DNA from: Candidatus Eiseniibacteriota bacterium | GTDB lineage: Bacteria; Eisenbacteria; RBG-16-71-46; CAZAMP01 | Assembly (NCBI GenBank): GCA_965224245.1 | Contig: OZ245046.1 | Span: forward strand, 2,496,001 to 2,560,000 | Length of the DNA stretch: 64,000 nt | Reading direction: 5' to 3' | Shown: piece after piece, positions 9,300 to 18,844 of the stretch | How positions within the stretch are numbered: the stretch's first letter is position 1 | How the letters are laid out: each line of letters begins with the position of its first letter | The notes under the pieces: generated by a model | Told to the model about the DNA's origin: nothing | The model's database searches: none | Seen by the model: the letters and a program-made list of their open reading frames with translations, nothing else | Translations under genes and position numbers: made by a program

Positions 9300-9598
9300 C
9301 TGTCTCCTCAGCGGGCTCGGGTGGGCGATCCGTGCCCGGCCGATGGGCCGAGACTGCTGGGGTCCAGGATACGGCATATGCAACCCGGCGTCCTGGTTTT
9401 TTGGCTGAAAAACTTCCTTTCCTGGGCATCGCCCGAGACCGCGACCGAACGCCTCGGGCAAGTACGGTTGGCAGGAGTCGCGGCGAAGGGCGACGCCCGA
9501 GCGTGCGTGACGCGGTGCGACCGGCGCGGCCACCCGACAACCTCACCCATGCGACAACGCCTGAACGAGATCTCGTTGCCATGGATGAGGTTGGAAGT

Positions 9599-9675
9599 TG
9601 GCGTCCCGGACGGGATTTGAACCCGTGTTGCCGGCGTGAAAGGCCGGTGTCCTGACCTGGCTAGACGACCGGGAC
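9599..9675 (-). tRNA. tRNA-Glu (anticodon TTC), CCA encoded
   Basis: GTCCCGG/CCGGGAC acceptor stem, CCGGC-CTTTCAC-GCCGG anticodon arm, ACGGG-TTCAAAT-CCCGT T arm, 3' GCCA. Confidence 0.97.
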
Positions 9676-9708
9676 GCGTGAAAGGCCGCTGGCGTGCGAG
9701 GCCGGAGG

Positions 9709-9737
9709 AGACTATCAGGGAGCCCAGAGACGGTCAA
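9709..9737 (-). promoter_or_regulatory. Putative sigma70 promoter of tRNA-Glu
   Basis: TTGACC, 17 bp, TAGTCT with an extended -10 TG. Confidence 0.6.
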
Positions 9738-9764
9738 CGCCGCCAGGGGCGCGGCTCCGGTGCC

Positions 9765-11270
9765 TCAGAGCCCCACCCTGACGAGGTACGTCGGCCTCAG
9801 ATCCTCCATCGACGGCAAGCTCCCGTCCGCGAACACCAGCGGAATCTGACTGTCCGCGATCACGAGGATCTCCCGCCCCGCGATGGCCCCCGTCGTGGGA
9901 TCCCCGAAGCGCGGATGGTGCCGGCACAGGACGTCCATCGACCGGATGGAACGGCCGTCGGCGTCGAGTCGGAACCGCGCGACCTGTGCAAGGCCCCGGC
10001 CGTTCTGGATCGCGACCAGCGACGATCCGTGCCGGTAGAGCCCATCGATGGCCACCGTGCACACGCCGTGCGGATGGCGCATCAGCGTGACCTCGCCCGT
10101 CTCCACGTCGATCAGCGTCAGGCCGACCGCGTACTGGCTCACGTAGAGAAGCGTGCCGTCGGGCGAGATCGCGATGCCGTTGGGCGCGAAGAGCGACCCG
10201 GGCGGCAGGAACGCGTGCAGCGTGGACTCGTCGGGCGCGAGCGTATAGATCGCGCCCCCCTCGGCCTCGGTCACGTACACGGTGCCGTCGGGGGCCACCA
10301 CGAGATCGTTCAGGTTGATCGCGCCCTCCTCGCGGCTGAGGCCCGCCGCTCGCACGACCGCCGCGGTCTCGAGATCGAACGCGTGCACCGCGGCGCGGCC
10401 CGATCCGTCGCGCCGCGCCCCCTCCATCTCGGGCAGCTCGGCGCTGGCCACCCAGAGCCGGCGCCGCTCGACGTCGACGCGCAGCCCGAGCGCGCCGAGG
10501 AGACCGTCGCGGCCGGACGCGACGAACGGCGTCGCGTTGCCCTCGCGATCCAACCGGAGGACCTTCCGCTGGCGGATGCTGCCCACGTAGAACACGTCGG
10601 CGGTCGGATCGTATGCGATGCCCTCGGGAACCAGATCCCGCTCGGGGATCTCGTACACGACGTCGCAGCGACCGCCGGGCGTGCGGAGCTCGTGCTCGCG
10701 GTCCACCATGGCCGCGAACAGGCTGTCCGCCTTGAACGTGGTGTCGGCGCGGAGGGACTCGAAGGCCCGGTCGTGGGCGATGTCGAGGGTCACGCCGGTC
10801 TCGACGGCCATGTGGAGCCAGCTCAGGGCCTCCTGATGACGCTCCTCGAACGCCATCGCCCGCGCGACGTGTCGCAGGAGCGCGGGATGCCCCGGCGCCA
10901 GCGCGAGCGCGCGCTGGGCGTGCTCGGTGTAGGCCGCGAAGTCCTCGGCCTCGGCGGCGGCGACCGCCGACTGGTACTCGGAGAGAACCTCGTGCGCGTC
11001 GGCGTTGACGGCGTCACCGGTCTCCGCGTCGCCGGACTCACCACTCGCCGTGTCGCCGGTCTCGCGCGCTGCCGCGTCGCCGGTCTCGCCGTCGGCTGCG
11101 TCGGCGGTCCCGGCGGCGCTCTGGCGACCCTCACCGGCGGCGGGCGCGGGATCATCCTGGGCGGCGGTCGAGATCGGGGTCACCAGGAGCGCCGCGACGA
11201 GCGCCGAGGCGATGGCGCGCGCCGGGGTCGTTCCCGTTCCGGGTCGGGGTCGGGGTCGTCGAGATCCCAC
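9765..11270 (-). CDS. Secreted SMP-30/gluconolactonase-like beta-propeller with an N-terminal TPR-like segment
   Basis: Signal peptide, acidic linker, then PEGIAYD, LNDLVV, PNGIAISPDG and IDGLY propeller blades. Confidence 0.75.
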   Translation of the reverse strand: MGSRRPRPRPGTGTTPARAIASALVAALLVTPISTAAQDDPAPAAGEGRQSAAGTADAADGETGDAAARETGDTASGESGDAETGDAVNADAHEVLSEYQSAVAAAEAEDFAAYTEHAQRALALAPGHPALLRHVARAMAFEERHQEALSWLHMAVETGVTLDIAHDRAFESLRADTTFKADSLFAAMVDREHELRTPGGRCDVVYEIPERDLVPEGIAYDPTADVFYVGSIRQRKVLRLDREGNATPFVASGRDGLLGALGLRVDVERRRLWVASAELPEMEGARRDGSGRAAVHAFDLETAAVVRAAGLSREEGAINLNDLVVAPDGTVYVTEAEGGAIYTLAPDESTLHAFLPPGSLFAPNGIAISPDGTLLYVSQYAVGLTLIDVETGEVTLMRHPHGVCTVAIDGLYRHGSSLVAIQNGRGLAQVARFRLDADGRSIRSMDVLCRHHPRFGDPTTGAIAGREILVIADSQIPLVFADGSLPSMEDLRPTYLVRVGL

Positions 11271-11408
11271 CTGCGCACTCCTTGCGACGCGGACTCGAGA
11301 CGGTGCGGGTGCCGTCGGGTGCGAGCACGAGCGCCGGTCATCGCGTCGCGAACCGCCCCACGCGGCGAACCTCGAAGCGCCGAGAGTCTACCGATCCGAT
11401 CGGTGTCG

Positions 11409-13397
11409 TCAACCGGCGGGCGGCTCGCCGTCTTCGTCGGAGGACTCGACCTCGTCCACCAGTCGCTCCCACTCCTCGTACCGGTCCGCCTTGTCGCGCT
11501 GGAGCGCCGCGTGCTCCTCGGTGACCACGCGTCGGGCGTCGGGATCCAGCTCCGGTGACGACATCCGCGCCACCGCGCTCTCCAGCCGCTCGTCGATCCC
11601 GGCGATCTCGGCCTCCAGGACACCGATGCGATCGAGCCGTCGCCGCCGCGCGCGCTGGCGCTTCTCGCGCTCGCGCTTCTCCTGCTTCCTCGCCTCGTAG
11701 CTGTCGCGGGTCTCGGCGTCCCCGGACTCCGTCGCACCCGCTCCGCCGATCGGCTCCAGCGCGAGGCCGCCGGACTCGAGCCGCCTTCCGTCGCGCGCGG
11801 CCTGGAAGCCGGCGAAGCCGCCGAGGTACGTCGTCAGCCCGCCGTCCTCGACGTTCATGATCGTGGTCGCGAAGTTCGACAGGAACGCCCGGTCGTGGCT
11901 GACCGCGACGACGGTGCCGGTGTAGTCCGCGAGCGCCGCCTCCAGCGCCTCGCGCCCGTCGATGTCCAGATGGTTCGTCGGCTCGTCGAGGAAGATCAGG
12001 TTCGGTCCGTCCAGGAACAGCTTGGCCAGGGCCACGCGACAGCGCTCGCCGCCGGACAGGAGGTGGATCGGGCGAAACACGTCGTCGCCCACGAACAGGA
12101 ACCGGGCCAGGTAGCCCCGCATCTCGCCCTGATCGGCGAGGGGCCAGATCGCCTGGATCTCCTCGAGGATGCTGGCCTCGGACGAGAGCCCCCGGAGCTC
12201 CTGATCCAGGAATCCGATCATGACGCCGACGCCATGCGTGACCGAGCCGCCGTCGGGCGGGCGCTGCCCCGAGAGAATCCGGAGCAGCGTCGTCTTGCCG
12301 CACCCGTTGGGGCCCAGGATCCCCACGCGATCTCCGCGGCTCAGATGGAACGACACATCGCGAAGGAGCTCGCGGCCGCCGATGGCGGCCCGGACGCCGT
12401 CGACCATCAGCACGTCCCGGCCCCCGGGCACCCGGGGCTGGATGCGGATCCGCGTCTGTCGCTCGTCGGGCTCGGGCCGATCCAGACGCTCCATCTTCTC
12501 CAGCCGGCGACGCCGCGAGATCGCCTGCTTGTAGCTCTGGCCAGCGATGTTGCGCTGGACGAAGTCCTCCTGGCGCGCGATCTCCTTCCGCTGGAGCCGG
12601 TAGCGTTTCTCGTCCTCGGCCCGCCGCTGGTCGCGCATCTCCATCGCGCGCCGGTACGGCGCCGGGTACACGGTGATTCCCTCGTTCGCGACGTCGAACG
12701 TGATCTCGGTCACCGCCTCCAGGAGAAAACGGTCGTGTGAGATGAGCAGGAACCCCTCGCGCCAGCTCCGGAGGTACGACTCCAGCCACTCGATCGCGGC
12801 CAGATCCAGGTGGTTCGTGGGCTCGTCCAGGAGAAGGAGATCGGGCTGGACGAGGAGCGCCCGGGCCAGCGCCAGGCGGTTCTTCTCGCCACCGGACATC
12901 ACCGACAGCTTCTTGTCGAACGACCCGGGCGAGAAGCCGAGCCCACAGAGGACCGATCGGATCCGGAAGTCGATCTCGAACCCGCCCCGGCGCTCGAAGG
13001 CGTCGTCGAGCACGTGAAGCCTGTCGAGCAGCGCGTGCTCCTCCTCGCTGCCGTGCCGAACGGCGCCGGACGCGAGCTGCTCGCGGATCTCGTGGGCGCG
13101 TGCGGACAGCTCGGTCAGCGAGTCAAACGCGCTGCGGGCCACCGACTCCACGGTCGCGTCGGTGTCGAAGGTGGGGATCTGCTCGAGCACCGACACGCGC
13201 GCGTCGCGTGAGACCCACACCTCGCCCTCGTCGGGCTCGATCTCCCCGGTGAGGAGCCGGAAGAGCGTCGTCTTGCCGGTGCCGTTGCGACCGGCCACGC
13301 CGATCCGCCGTCGAGGCGGGATCTCCAGCGATACGCCGCCCAGCACGGTGAGCGGACCGTAGAACTTCGAGGCGTTCGTCAGCCGCGCGATGCTCAC
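11409..13397 (-). CDS. ABC-F family ATP-binding protein
   Basis: Two ABC domains (GRNGTGKTT, SGGEK, LLLDEPTNHLD; GPNGCGKTT, LSGGER, FLDEPTNHLD), C-terminal coiled coil, no TM segments. GTG start at 13397. Confidence 0.95.
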   Translation of the reverse strand: MSIARLTNASKFYGPLTVLGGVSLEIPPRRRIGVAGRNGTGKTTLFRLLTGEIEPDEGEVWVSRDARVSVLEQIPTFDTDATVESVARSAFDSLTELSARAHEIREQLASGAVRHGSEEEHALLDRLHVLDDAFERRGGFEIDFRIRSVLCGLGFSPGSFDKKLSVMSGGEKNRLALARALLVQPDLLLLDEPTNHLDLAAIEWLESYLRSWREGFLLISHDRFLLEAVTEITFDVANEGITVYPAPYRRAMEMRDQRRAEDEKRYRLQRKEIARQEDFVQRNIAGQSYKQAISRRRRLEKMERLDRPEPDERQTRIRIQPRVPGGRDVLMVDGVRAAIGGRELLRDVSFHLSRGDRVGILGPNGCGKTTLLRILSGQRPPDGGSVTHGVGVMIGFLDQELRGLSSEASILEEIQAIWPLADQGEMRGYLARFLFVGDDVFRPIHLLSGGERCRVALAKLFLDGPNLIFLDEPTNHLDIDGREALEAALADYTGTVVAVSHDRAFLSNFATTIMNVEDGGLTTYLGGFAGFQAARDGRRLESGGLALEPIGGAGATESGDAETRDSYEARKQEKREREKRQRARRRRLDRIGVLEAEIAGIDERLESAVARMSSPELDPDARRVVTEEHAALQRDKADRYEEWERLVDEVESSDEDGEPPAG

Positions 13398-13563
13398 CGG
13401 TGTCGGGCTCCGTGTCGTTGCGCGGATGCGTGCGCGGTCGTGTGATCGGGCGCAGGGGAGGTCGTGTGCCCCCACTCACGCGTGGTCGCTCCCGTGGTCA
13501 CGCGCGCGGGGGTGCGCGCGCCGGCGCGCCGCACCTCGAGGTGTAAACGAGGATGACACCCCA

Positions 13564-15024
13564 TCACGACCCCGCCGGATCGGACGCGACGTCGCCGTCG
13601 TCGTCGCGCCGTCGCTCGGACTTCAGTCGCGCCCAGTATGCAAGTCGCTTCTGAACCTCGCGCTCGAACCCACGTGATACCGGCGTGTAGTAGCGCCGGC
13701 CGACCAGCGCGTCGGGAAGAAACTCCTGCGCCGCGTACGCGTCGGGGTAGTCGTGATCGTAGCGATAGCCCTCGCCGTAGCCGAGGCTCGACATCAACCG
13801 CGTGGGCGCGTTGCGCACGTGCATGGGCACGGGCTCGGTGCGGTGCTCGGTGGCGTCGCGTCGTGCGGCCGCGTATGCGAGCGTGACCGCGTTCGACTTC
13901 GGCGCGGTGGCGAGATACGTCGCGGCCTGGGCGAGCGCCAGATCGCACTCGGGCATGCCGACCACACGCGTCGCGTCCATCGCGGCCACCGCGACCGAGA
14001 GCGCGTGGGGATCGGCGTTGCCCACGTCCTCGGACGCCATCCGGATCAGGCGCCGGGCCACGAAGGACGGATCTCCCCCGCCGGTGAGGATGCGCGCCAG
14101 CCAGTAGAGCGCGCCGTCGGGGTCGCTCCCGCGGACGGCCTTGTGCAGTGCCGAGATCAGGTTGTAGTGCTCCTCGCCGCCCTTGTCGAACACGGCGAGC
14201 TTGCCGCTCTGCGCGAGACGGAGGACGTCTTCGGTGGTCACGACGCGTGACGATCCGCGCGACGAGTCGGCCGCGCCCGCCCCGTCGGCCTCACCGGCGC
14301 TGCCAGTCTCACCGGCCCCATCGGCCTCACCGGCGCCGTCGGCGGTCCGCGCCGTGCTCGCGACGAGTTCGAGGAGGTTCAGCGCGGTGCGGGCGTCTCC
14401 GTCGGCGATGCGGGTGATCGCGACCCGCGCGTCGGCGTCGATCTCGAGGCCGGCGTCCCCGAGCCCCCGCTCGCCATCGGCCAGCGTGCGCTCGATGAGC
14501 CGCGCGATGTCGCTCTCGTCCAGCGGCGCGAACGTGAACACGCGGCAGCGCGACAGGAGCGCCCGGTTCACCTCGAACGACGGGTTCTCGGTCGTGGCGC
14601 CCACGAGCACGAGGAGGCCGCTCTCCACGTGAGGCAGGAACGCATCCTGCTGCGCCTTGTTGAACCGGTGAATCTCGTCCACGAACAGCACCGTGGACCG
14701 CCCCTCGGCCGCGTGCATGCGGGCCTCGGCGACCACGGTCCGGACCTCCTTGACCCCGGCCAGGACGGCGCTGAACGTCACGAAGCGCGCTCCGCTGGCG
14801 CCGGCGATCAGGGACGCGACCGTCGTCTTGCCCGAACCCGGCGGACCCCAGAAGATCATCGAGGGGAGCCGATCACGGGTCGAGGCCTCGACGATGCCGG
14901 ACAGGGCGCCGCCCGGACCGAGTAGCGAGGCCTGCCCCACGACCTCGTCCAGCGTGCGCGGGCGCATGCGTTCGGCGAGCGGGGGGCGGATGTCGGCCGG
15001 CTCGTCCGGCTCGAAGAGTCTCAC
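13564..15024 (-). CDS. rarA: Replication-associated recombination protein A (MgsA/RarA)
   Basis: PLAERMRP, WGPPGSGKTT, FVDEIHRFNKAQQD, GATTENPSF and ASEDVGNADP motifs. Confidence 0.96.
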   Translation of the reverse strand: MRLFEPDEPADIRPPLAERMRPRTLDEVVGQASLLGPGGALSGIVEASTRDRLPSMIFWGPPGSGKTTVASLIAGASGARFVTFSAVLAGVKEVRTVVAEARMHAAEGRSTVLFVDEIHRFNKAQQDAFLPHVESGLLVLVGATTENPSFEVNRALLSRCRVFTFAPLDESDIARLIERTLADGERGLGDAGLEIDADARVAITRIADGDARTALNLLELVASTARTADGAGEADGAGETGSAGEADGAGAADSSRGSSRVVTTEDVLRLAQSGKLAVFDKGGEEHYNLISALHKAVRGSDPDGALYWLARILTGGGDPSFVARRLIRMASEDVGNADPHALSVAVAAMDATRVVGMPECDLALAQAATYLATAPKSNAVTLAYAAARRDATEHRTEPVPMHVRNAPTRLMSSLGYGEGYRYDHDYPDAYAAQEFLPDALVGRRYYTPVSRGFEREVQKRLAYWARLKSERRRDDDGDVASDPAGS

Positions 15025-15110
15025 GCGAGAACCTCACGGGATCGGGGCTTCATGCGCGGCATTCTACTCGATCCCGGCGATCCGGACAGACGGCGGGCGC
15101 TCCGGCGCGG

Positions 15111-16085
15111 CTAGTCCGGATAGCCGTCCGGGTTGGCCTGGAACCAGTCCCATGCCGTCCGGATGATCTCGGTGAGATCGGTGTAGCGGGGCTGCCACCC
15201 CAGCACCTCGCGCGCCTTGGCCGCCGACGCGACCAGCGTGGCCGGATCGCCCGAGCGTCGTGGCGCGTCCTCGGCGGCCACGGGACGCCCCGTCACCTCG
15301 CGTACCGCCCGGACGACCTCCCGCACCGAGAAGCCGTTGCCATTGCCCAGGTTGAAGTAGTCAGTGCCGATCGCGTCGAGCCGGTCGAGCGCGCGGATGT
15401 GAGCGTCGGCGAGATCTCTCACGTGGATGTAGTCCCGGACGCAGGATCCGTCCGGTGTCGGGTAGTCGCCGCCGAAGACGAAGAGCCTCTCGCGCTTCCC
15501 GCGCGCGACGTCGAGGGCGATCGGTATGATGTGGGTCTCGGGCTCGTGGTCCTCGCCCGCCTCGGGGATCGCCCCCGCGGCGTTGAAGTAGCGCAGCCGG
15601 ACCGAGCGCATGCCGTGAATCCGGTGATACCACTCGAGGATGCGCTCGAACATCAGCTTCGACTCGCCGTACGGGTTGGTCGGAAGCTGCGGCGCATCCT
15701 CGTCGATCGGGGAGCGCTCGGGCTCGCCGTAGGTCGCCGCGGTCGACGAGAACACGAAGCGCTCGACTCCGGCGGTGCGCATCGCCTCCAGGAGCGCCAC
15801 CCCCTTCGCGACGTTGTTCTCGAAGTACTTCCCCGGCCGCTCCATGCTCTCCTCGACCCGGCTGTGCGCGGAAAAGTGCATCACACAATCGGTTCCGGGA
15901 AGCACCTCACCGAGGAGGCGAGAATCGCCGTGATCGCCGAGGACGAATCGGGCGGCGGTCGGAACCGCGGACCGGTGCCCGCGGCTGAGATCATCCAGCA
16001 CGATCACGTCGTGGCCCAGACGAACCAGCTCGTGCGCCGTGACACTCCCGATGTAGCCGGCTCCGCCGGTGACCACGACCCGCAT
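15111..16085 (-). CDS. galE: UDP-glucose 4-epimerase
   Basis: VTGGAGYIGS, FSSTAATYG, YGESK, LRYFNAAGA and DGSCVRDYIHV motifs. Confidence 0.96.
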   Translation of the reverse strand: MRVVVTGGAGYIGSVTAHELVRLGHDVIVLDDLSRGHRSAVPTAARFVLGDHGDSRLLGEVLPGTDCVMHFSAHSRVEESMERPGKYFENNVAKGVALLEAMRTAGVERFVFSSTAATYGEPERSPIDEDAPQLPTNPYGESKLMFERILEWYHRIHGMRSVRLRYFNAAGAIPEAGEDHEPETHIIPIALDVARGKRERLFVFGGDYPTPDGSCVRDYIHVRDLADAHIRALDRLDAIGTDYFNLGNGNGFSVREVVRAVREVTGRPVAAEDAPRRSGDPATLVASAAKAREVLGWQPRYTDLTEIIRTAWDWFQANPDGYPD

Positions 16086-16194
16086 CGACTCCGCTCCTCG
16101 GTGATTGGCCGCTCGCTCCGGCGCGCTGCCACGGCGCCGGCCGTCGGTCGGAAGACTACTCCTCCCTCCACGATCGACAAAATCGACCGGCACG

Positions 16195-16222
16195 AAAAGG
16201 CCCCGTCCGGATGGACGGGGCC
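16195..16222 (-). terminator. Intrinsic terminator downstream of the histone-like gene
   Basis: 10-bp stem ggccccgtcc/ggacggggcc with a 4-nt loop, followed by TTTT on the minus strand. Confidence 0.75.
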
Positions 16223-16345
16223 CGTGCCTGGAAGCGACCAGTCCTAGCGAGTAGGCCGGCGTTTCCAATCATGCGCCTGGTCTCGGGGAGACCGCGTCTC
16301 CCGCGAAGCCGACCCGCCCGCAGGCGGGGTCACGATCGGGGTGAC

Positions 16346-16768
16346 CTACCCCTTCTTCGTGGTCTTGCGCTTGGCGGTCTTGCGCTTGGCCGTCTTGCGC
16401 TTGGCCGTCTTGCGCTTGGCGGTCTTGCGCTTCGCCGTCTTGCGCTTGGCCTTCTTCTTCGCGGTCTTCTTCTTGGCCTTCTTCTTGGCGGTCTTGCGCT
16501 TGGCCTTCTTCTTCGCGGTCTTCTTCTTGGCCTTCCTCTTGGCGGTCTTGCGCTTGGCGGTCTTGCGCTTGGCCTTCTTCTTCGCGGTCTTCTTCTTGGC
16601 CTTTCTCTTGGCGGTCTTGCGCTTCGCCGTCTTGCGCTTGGCCTTCTTCCGGGTGGCTTTCTTCTTGGTCGCTTTCTTCTTGGTGGCCTTCTTCCGGGTG
16701 GCTTTCTTGCGCTTGGCCTTCTTCTTCGTGGCCTTCTTCCGAGTCACTCGCTTCTTGGCTGTGGCCAT
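16346..16768 (-). CDS. Histone H1-like Lys/Arg/Ala/Thr-rich basic protein (Hc2/HctB-like composition)
   Basis: 140 aa made almost entirely of KKAT/RKTAK/KKAK pentapeptide repeats. GGAGGG RBS and a downstream terminator. Confidence 0.85.
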   Translation of the reverse strand: MATAKKRVTRKKATKKKAKRKKATRKKATKKKATKKKATRKKAKRKTAKRKTAKRKAKKKTAKKKAKRKTAKRKTAKRKAKKKTAKKKAKRKTAKKKAKKKTAKKKAKRKTAKRKTAKRKTAKRKTAKRKTAKRKTTKKG

Positions 16769-16818
16769 TACCGCCGTCCCTCCGCGTTTGGGCCTCTTCC
16801 CGACGTCATGTCAGGATT

Positions 16819-17184
16819 TCACTTGCCGACGATGTCGGCGACTTCACTCAAGAATCCATCGAGGTCGAACGGCTTCTTCACGTAGCCATCCACCCCGAGC
16901 TCCTGCAGCTCGGCCTCGAGACCGTTCCGTCCGTAGGCCGTCATCATCATCACGCGCAACGGCAGCGCCTCACGCCGGATCCGGCGCAGCACGTCCACGC
17001 CCGATCGCCCCGGAAGGCGATTGTCGAGTACGACGAGATCGAAGTCGTTTCGTGGAAACAGCAACGTCTCGGCAGTCTCCGCGTCCGATGCGGCCTCCGC
17101 GTCGTACCCCTGATCGCGCAGGACATCGGTCAGCGTCTTCAGGAGGAGTCGCTCGTCTTCGACGATGAGCACTTTCTTGGGCAC
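16819..17184 (-). CDS. Stand-alone response-regulator receiver protein
   Basis: VLIVEDE, DLVVLDNRLPG, MMTAYG and KKPFD motifs. GGAGG RBS before GTG. Confidence 0.92.
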   Translation of the reverse strand: MPKKVLIVEDERLLLKTLTDVLRDQGYDAEAASDAETAETLLFPRNDFDLVVLDNRLPGRSGVDVLRRIRREALPLRVMMMTAYGRNGLEAELQELGVDGYVKKPFDLDGFLSEVADIVGK

Positions 17185-17225
17185 GCGCGACCACCTCCGC
17201 TGCAGTTGATGTAGCCCGATTCATT

Positions 17226-17241
17226 ATCAAGAAGCGTTCCA
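17226..17241 (-). promoter_or_regulatory. Putative sigma54 -24/-12 promoter
   Basis: TGGAAC-GCTTC-TTGAT versus consensus TGGCAC-N5-TTGCW. Confidence 0.65.
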
Positions 17242-17281
17242 CTCACCGCGAAGACGCCGGCCACATCACTATTCTTCGTCA

Positions 17282-17294
17282 AATCAAGGAGTTA
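17282..17294 (+). promoter_or_regulatory. IHF-type binding site
   Basis: AATCAAGGAGTTA is a full match to WATCAANNNNTTR and lies between the promoter and the palindromes. Confidence 0.65.
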
Positions 17295-17339
17295 CATTGA
17301 GGACCGCGCGTGTTTGTGGAGCAGATGTGCTCGTGCGAC

Positions 17340-17401
17340 GTGTCAACGTGAGTGACACCCTGGCGCGATGGCTCGCGATCACCTGTCAATCAATGTGACA
17401 G
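17340..17401. promoter_or_regulatory. Two TGTCA-N7-TGACA palindromes (putative enhancer/UAS)
   Basis: GTGTCA-acgtgag-TGACAC (17340-17358) and CTGTCA-atcaatg-TGACAG (17383-17401), 43 bp apart. Confidence 0.7.
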
Positions 17402-17430
17402 TTCGGACGGCGGGGATCGGAACGGACCGA

Positions 17431-18831
17431 TCAGCGCGTGGCGGGCTCGGTCGCCACGTCGGCGTCGATCGTCTTGAGGCGCGTGATCAGATGCTGGCGC
17501 GACACGTCGAGCACGCGAGCGGCCTGGCTGCGATTCCCGTCGCACGCGTGGAGCACGCGAAGGATGTGCTGGTCGGCGGCCTCGCGCAGCGACATCTCCG
17601 GCGTGACCGAGCGCGGCGAGGGCAGCCCGCCGGCGCGCCGGAGAAGCTCGGGGAACTCGGACTGAAGCTCGTCGGGCAGATGGCGGATCTCCAGCCGATC
17701 GCCGTCCTCGAGCAGGACCACGCGCTCGAGGAGGTTCTTCAGCTCACGGACGTTGCCCGACCAGCGATGGCGCCGGAAGAGCTCGTCCACCTCGGAAGAG
17801 ATGTCGGTGAACCGCTTCTTGAAGCGGGCCGAGAACGTGGCCAGGTAGTGCCGCGCCAGCTCTCCGATGTCGTTGCCCCGCTCCCGGAGCGGCGGCAGCG
17901 TCAGCGCGACCACCTTCAGGCGGTAGTAGAGGTCCTTCCGGAAGCGCCCGTCAGCCACGAGCTCCTCCAGTCGCGCGTTGGTCGCGGTGACGATCCGGAG
18001 GTCCACCTCGATGTCGGAGCTCCCCCCGACCCGGCGATAGGCCCGATCGTCGATGAACCGGAGCAGCTTGGCCTGCGTGACCAGCGGCATCTCGCCCACC
18101 TCGTCGAGGAACAGCGTCCCGCCGTTGCAGAGCTCCACGAGCCCGCGCTTGAGGCGCGTGGCCCCGGTGAAGGCCCCTTTCTCGTGCCCGAAGAGCTCGT
18201 TCTCGAGCAGCGCCTCCTGAAACGACGAGCAGTTGATCTCGACGATGGGACCGTCGCGGCGCGAGGAGAGATGGTGAACGGCACGCGCGAAGAGCTCCTT
18301 CCCGGTGCCGCTCTCGCCCTGGATCAGCACCGTCGTCGAGTCGCTCTCGGCCACCTTGGTCACGGTGTCCCAGAGGCGCCGCATGGTCTCGGAGCTGCCC
18401 ACGATGTCGTCGGGCCGGAACGTCTTGCGACTGGCCGACTCGTAGAGGTCGAGCTTCCGGTCGCGCTCGAGGTTCTGCGCCGCGTTCCGCACGACGTGGA
18501 GAATCTCCTCCAGCTCGTAGGGCTTCCGCAGGAAGTCGGCCGCGCCGAGCTTCATGGCCTGGACCGCCTTCCCCACGTCCCCGTGGGCGGTGATCATGAT
18601 CACGCGCAGGAAGGGGTCCTCCGCGCGGAGCTCCTGGAGGAGATCGAGCCCGTCCGCGTCGGGCAGACGCAGATCCAGCACCACGAGGTCCGGCGCGCGC
18701 CGCGCGACGATCTCCAGCGCCTCGGCCCGCGACCCGGCCAGGTCCACCTCGAAGCCGTGGTCCACCAGAACCGACTGCAGGGACTTCCGGATCAGGGCCT
18801 CGTCGTCGATCACGAGGATTCGCGCTCTCAC
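17431..18831 (-). CDS. sigma54-dependent NtrC/AtoC-family response regulator
   Basis: Receiver domain, [35 protein letters not shown] and a Fis-type HTH. Confidence 0.96.
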   Translation of the reverse strand: MRARILVIDDEALIRKSLQSVLVDHGFEVDLAGSRAEALEIVARRAPDLVVLDLRLPDADGLDLLQELRAEDPFLRVIMITAHGDVGKAVQAMKLGAADFLRKPYELEEILHVVRNAAQNLERDRKLDLYESASRKTFRPDDIVGSSETMRRLWDTVTKVAESDSTTVLIQGESGTGKELFARAVHHLSSRRDGPIVEINCSSFQEALLENELFGHEKGAFTGATRLKRGLVELCNGGTLFLDEVGEMPLVTQAKLLRFIDDRAYRRVGGSSDIEVDLRIVTATNARLEELVADGRFRKDLYYRLKVVALTLPPLRERGNDIGELARHYLATFSARFKKRFTDISSEVDELFRRHRWSGNVRELKNLLERVVLLEDGDRLEIRHLPDELQSEFPELLRRAGGLPSPRSVTPEMSLREAADQHILRVLHACDGNRSQAARVLDVSRQHLITRLKTIDADVATEPATR

Positions 18832-18844
18832 TGGCCGCCCTCCG

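Noticed and set aside
16356-16745. Repeat array considered as a possible CRISPR or non-coding satellite
   Set aside because: The units are contiguous in-frame multiples of 15 bp with no unique spacers, and no cas genes are present.
16341-17168. + strand ORF with LAVLR/AFFFAVFF repeats resembling a membrane protein
   Set aside because: It is the antisense reading of the Lys-rich gene. The RBS, operon context and terminator all favour the minus strand.
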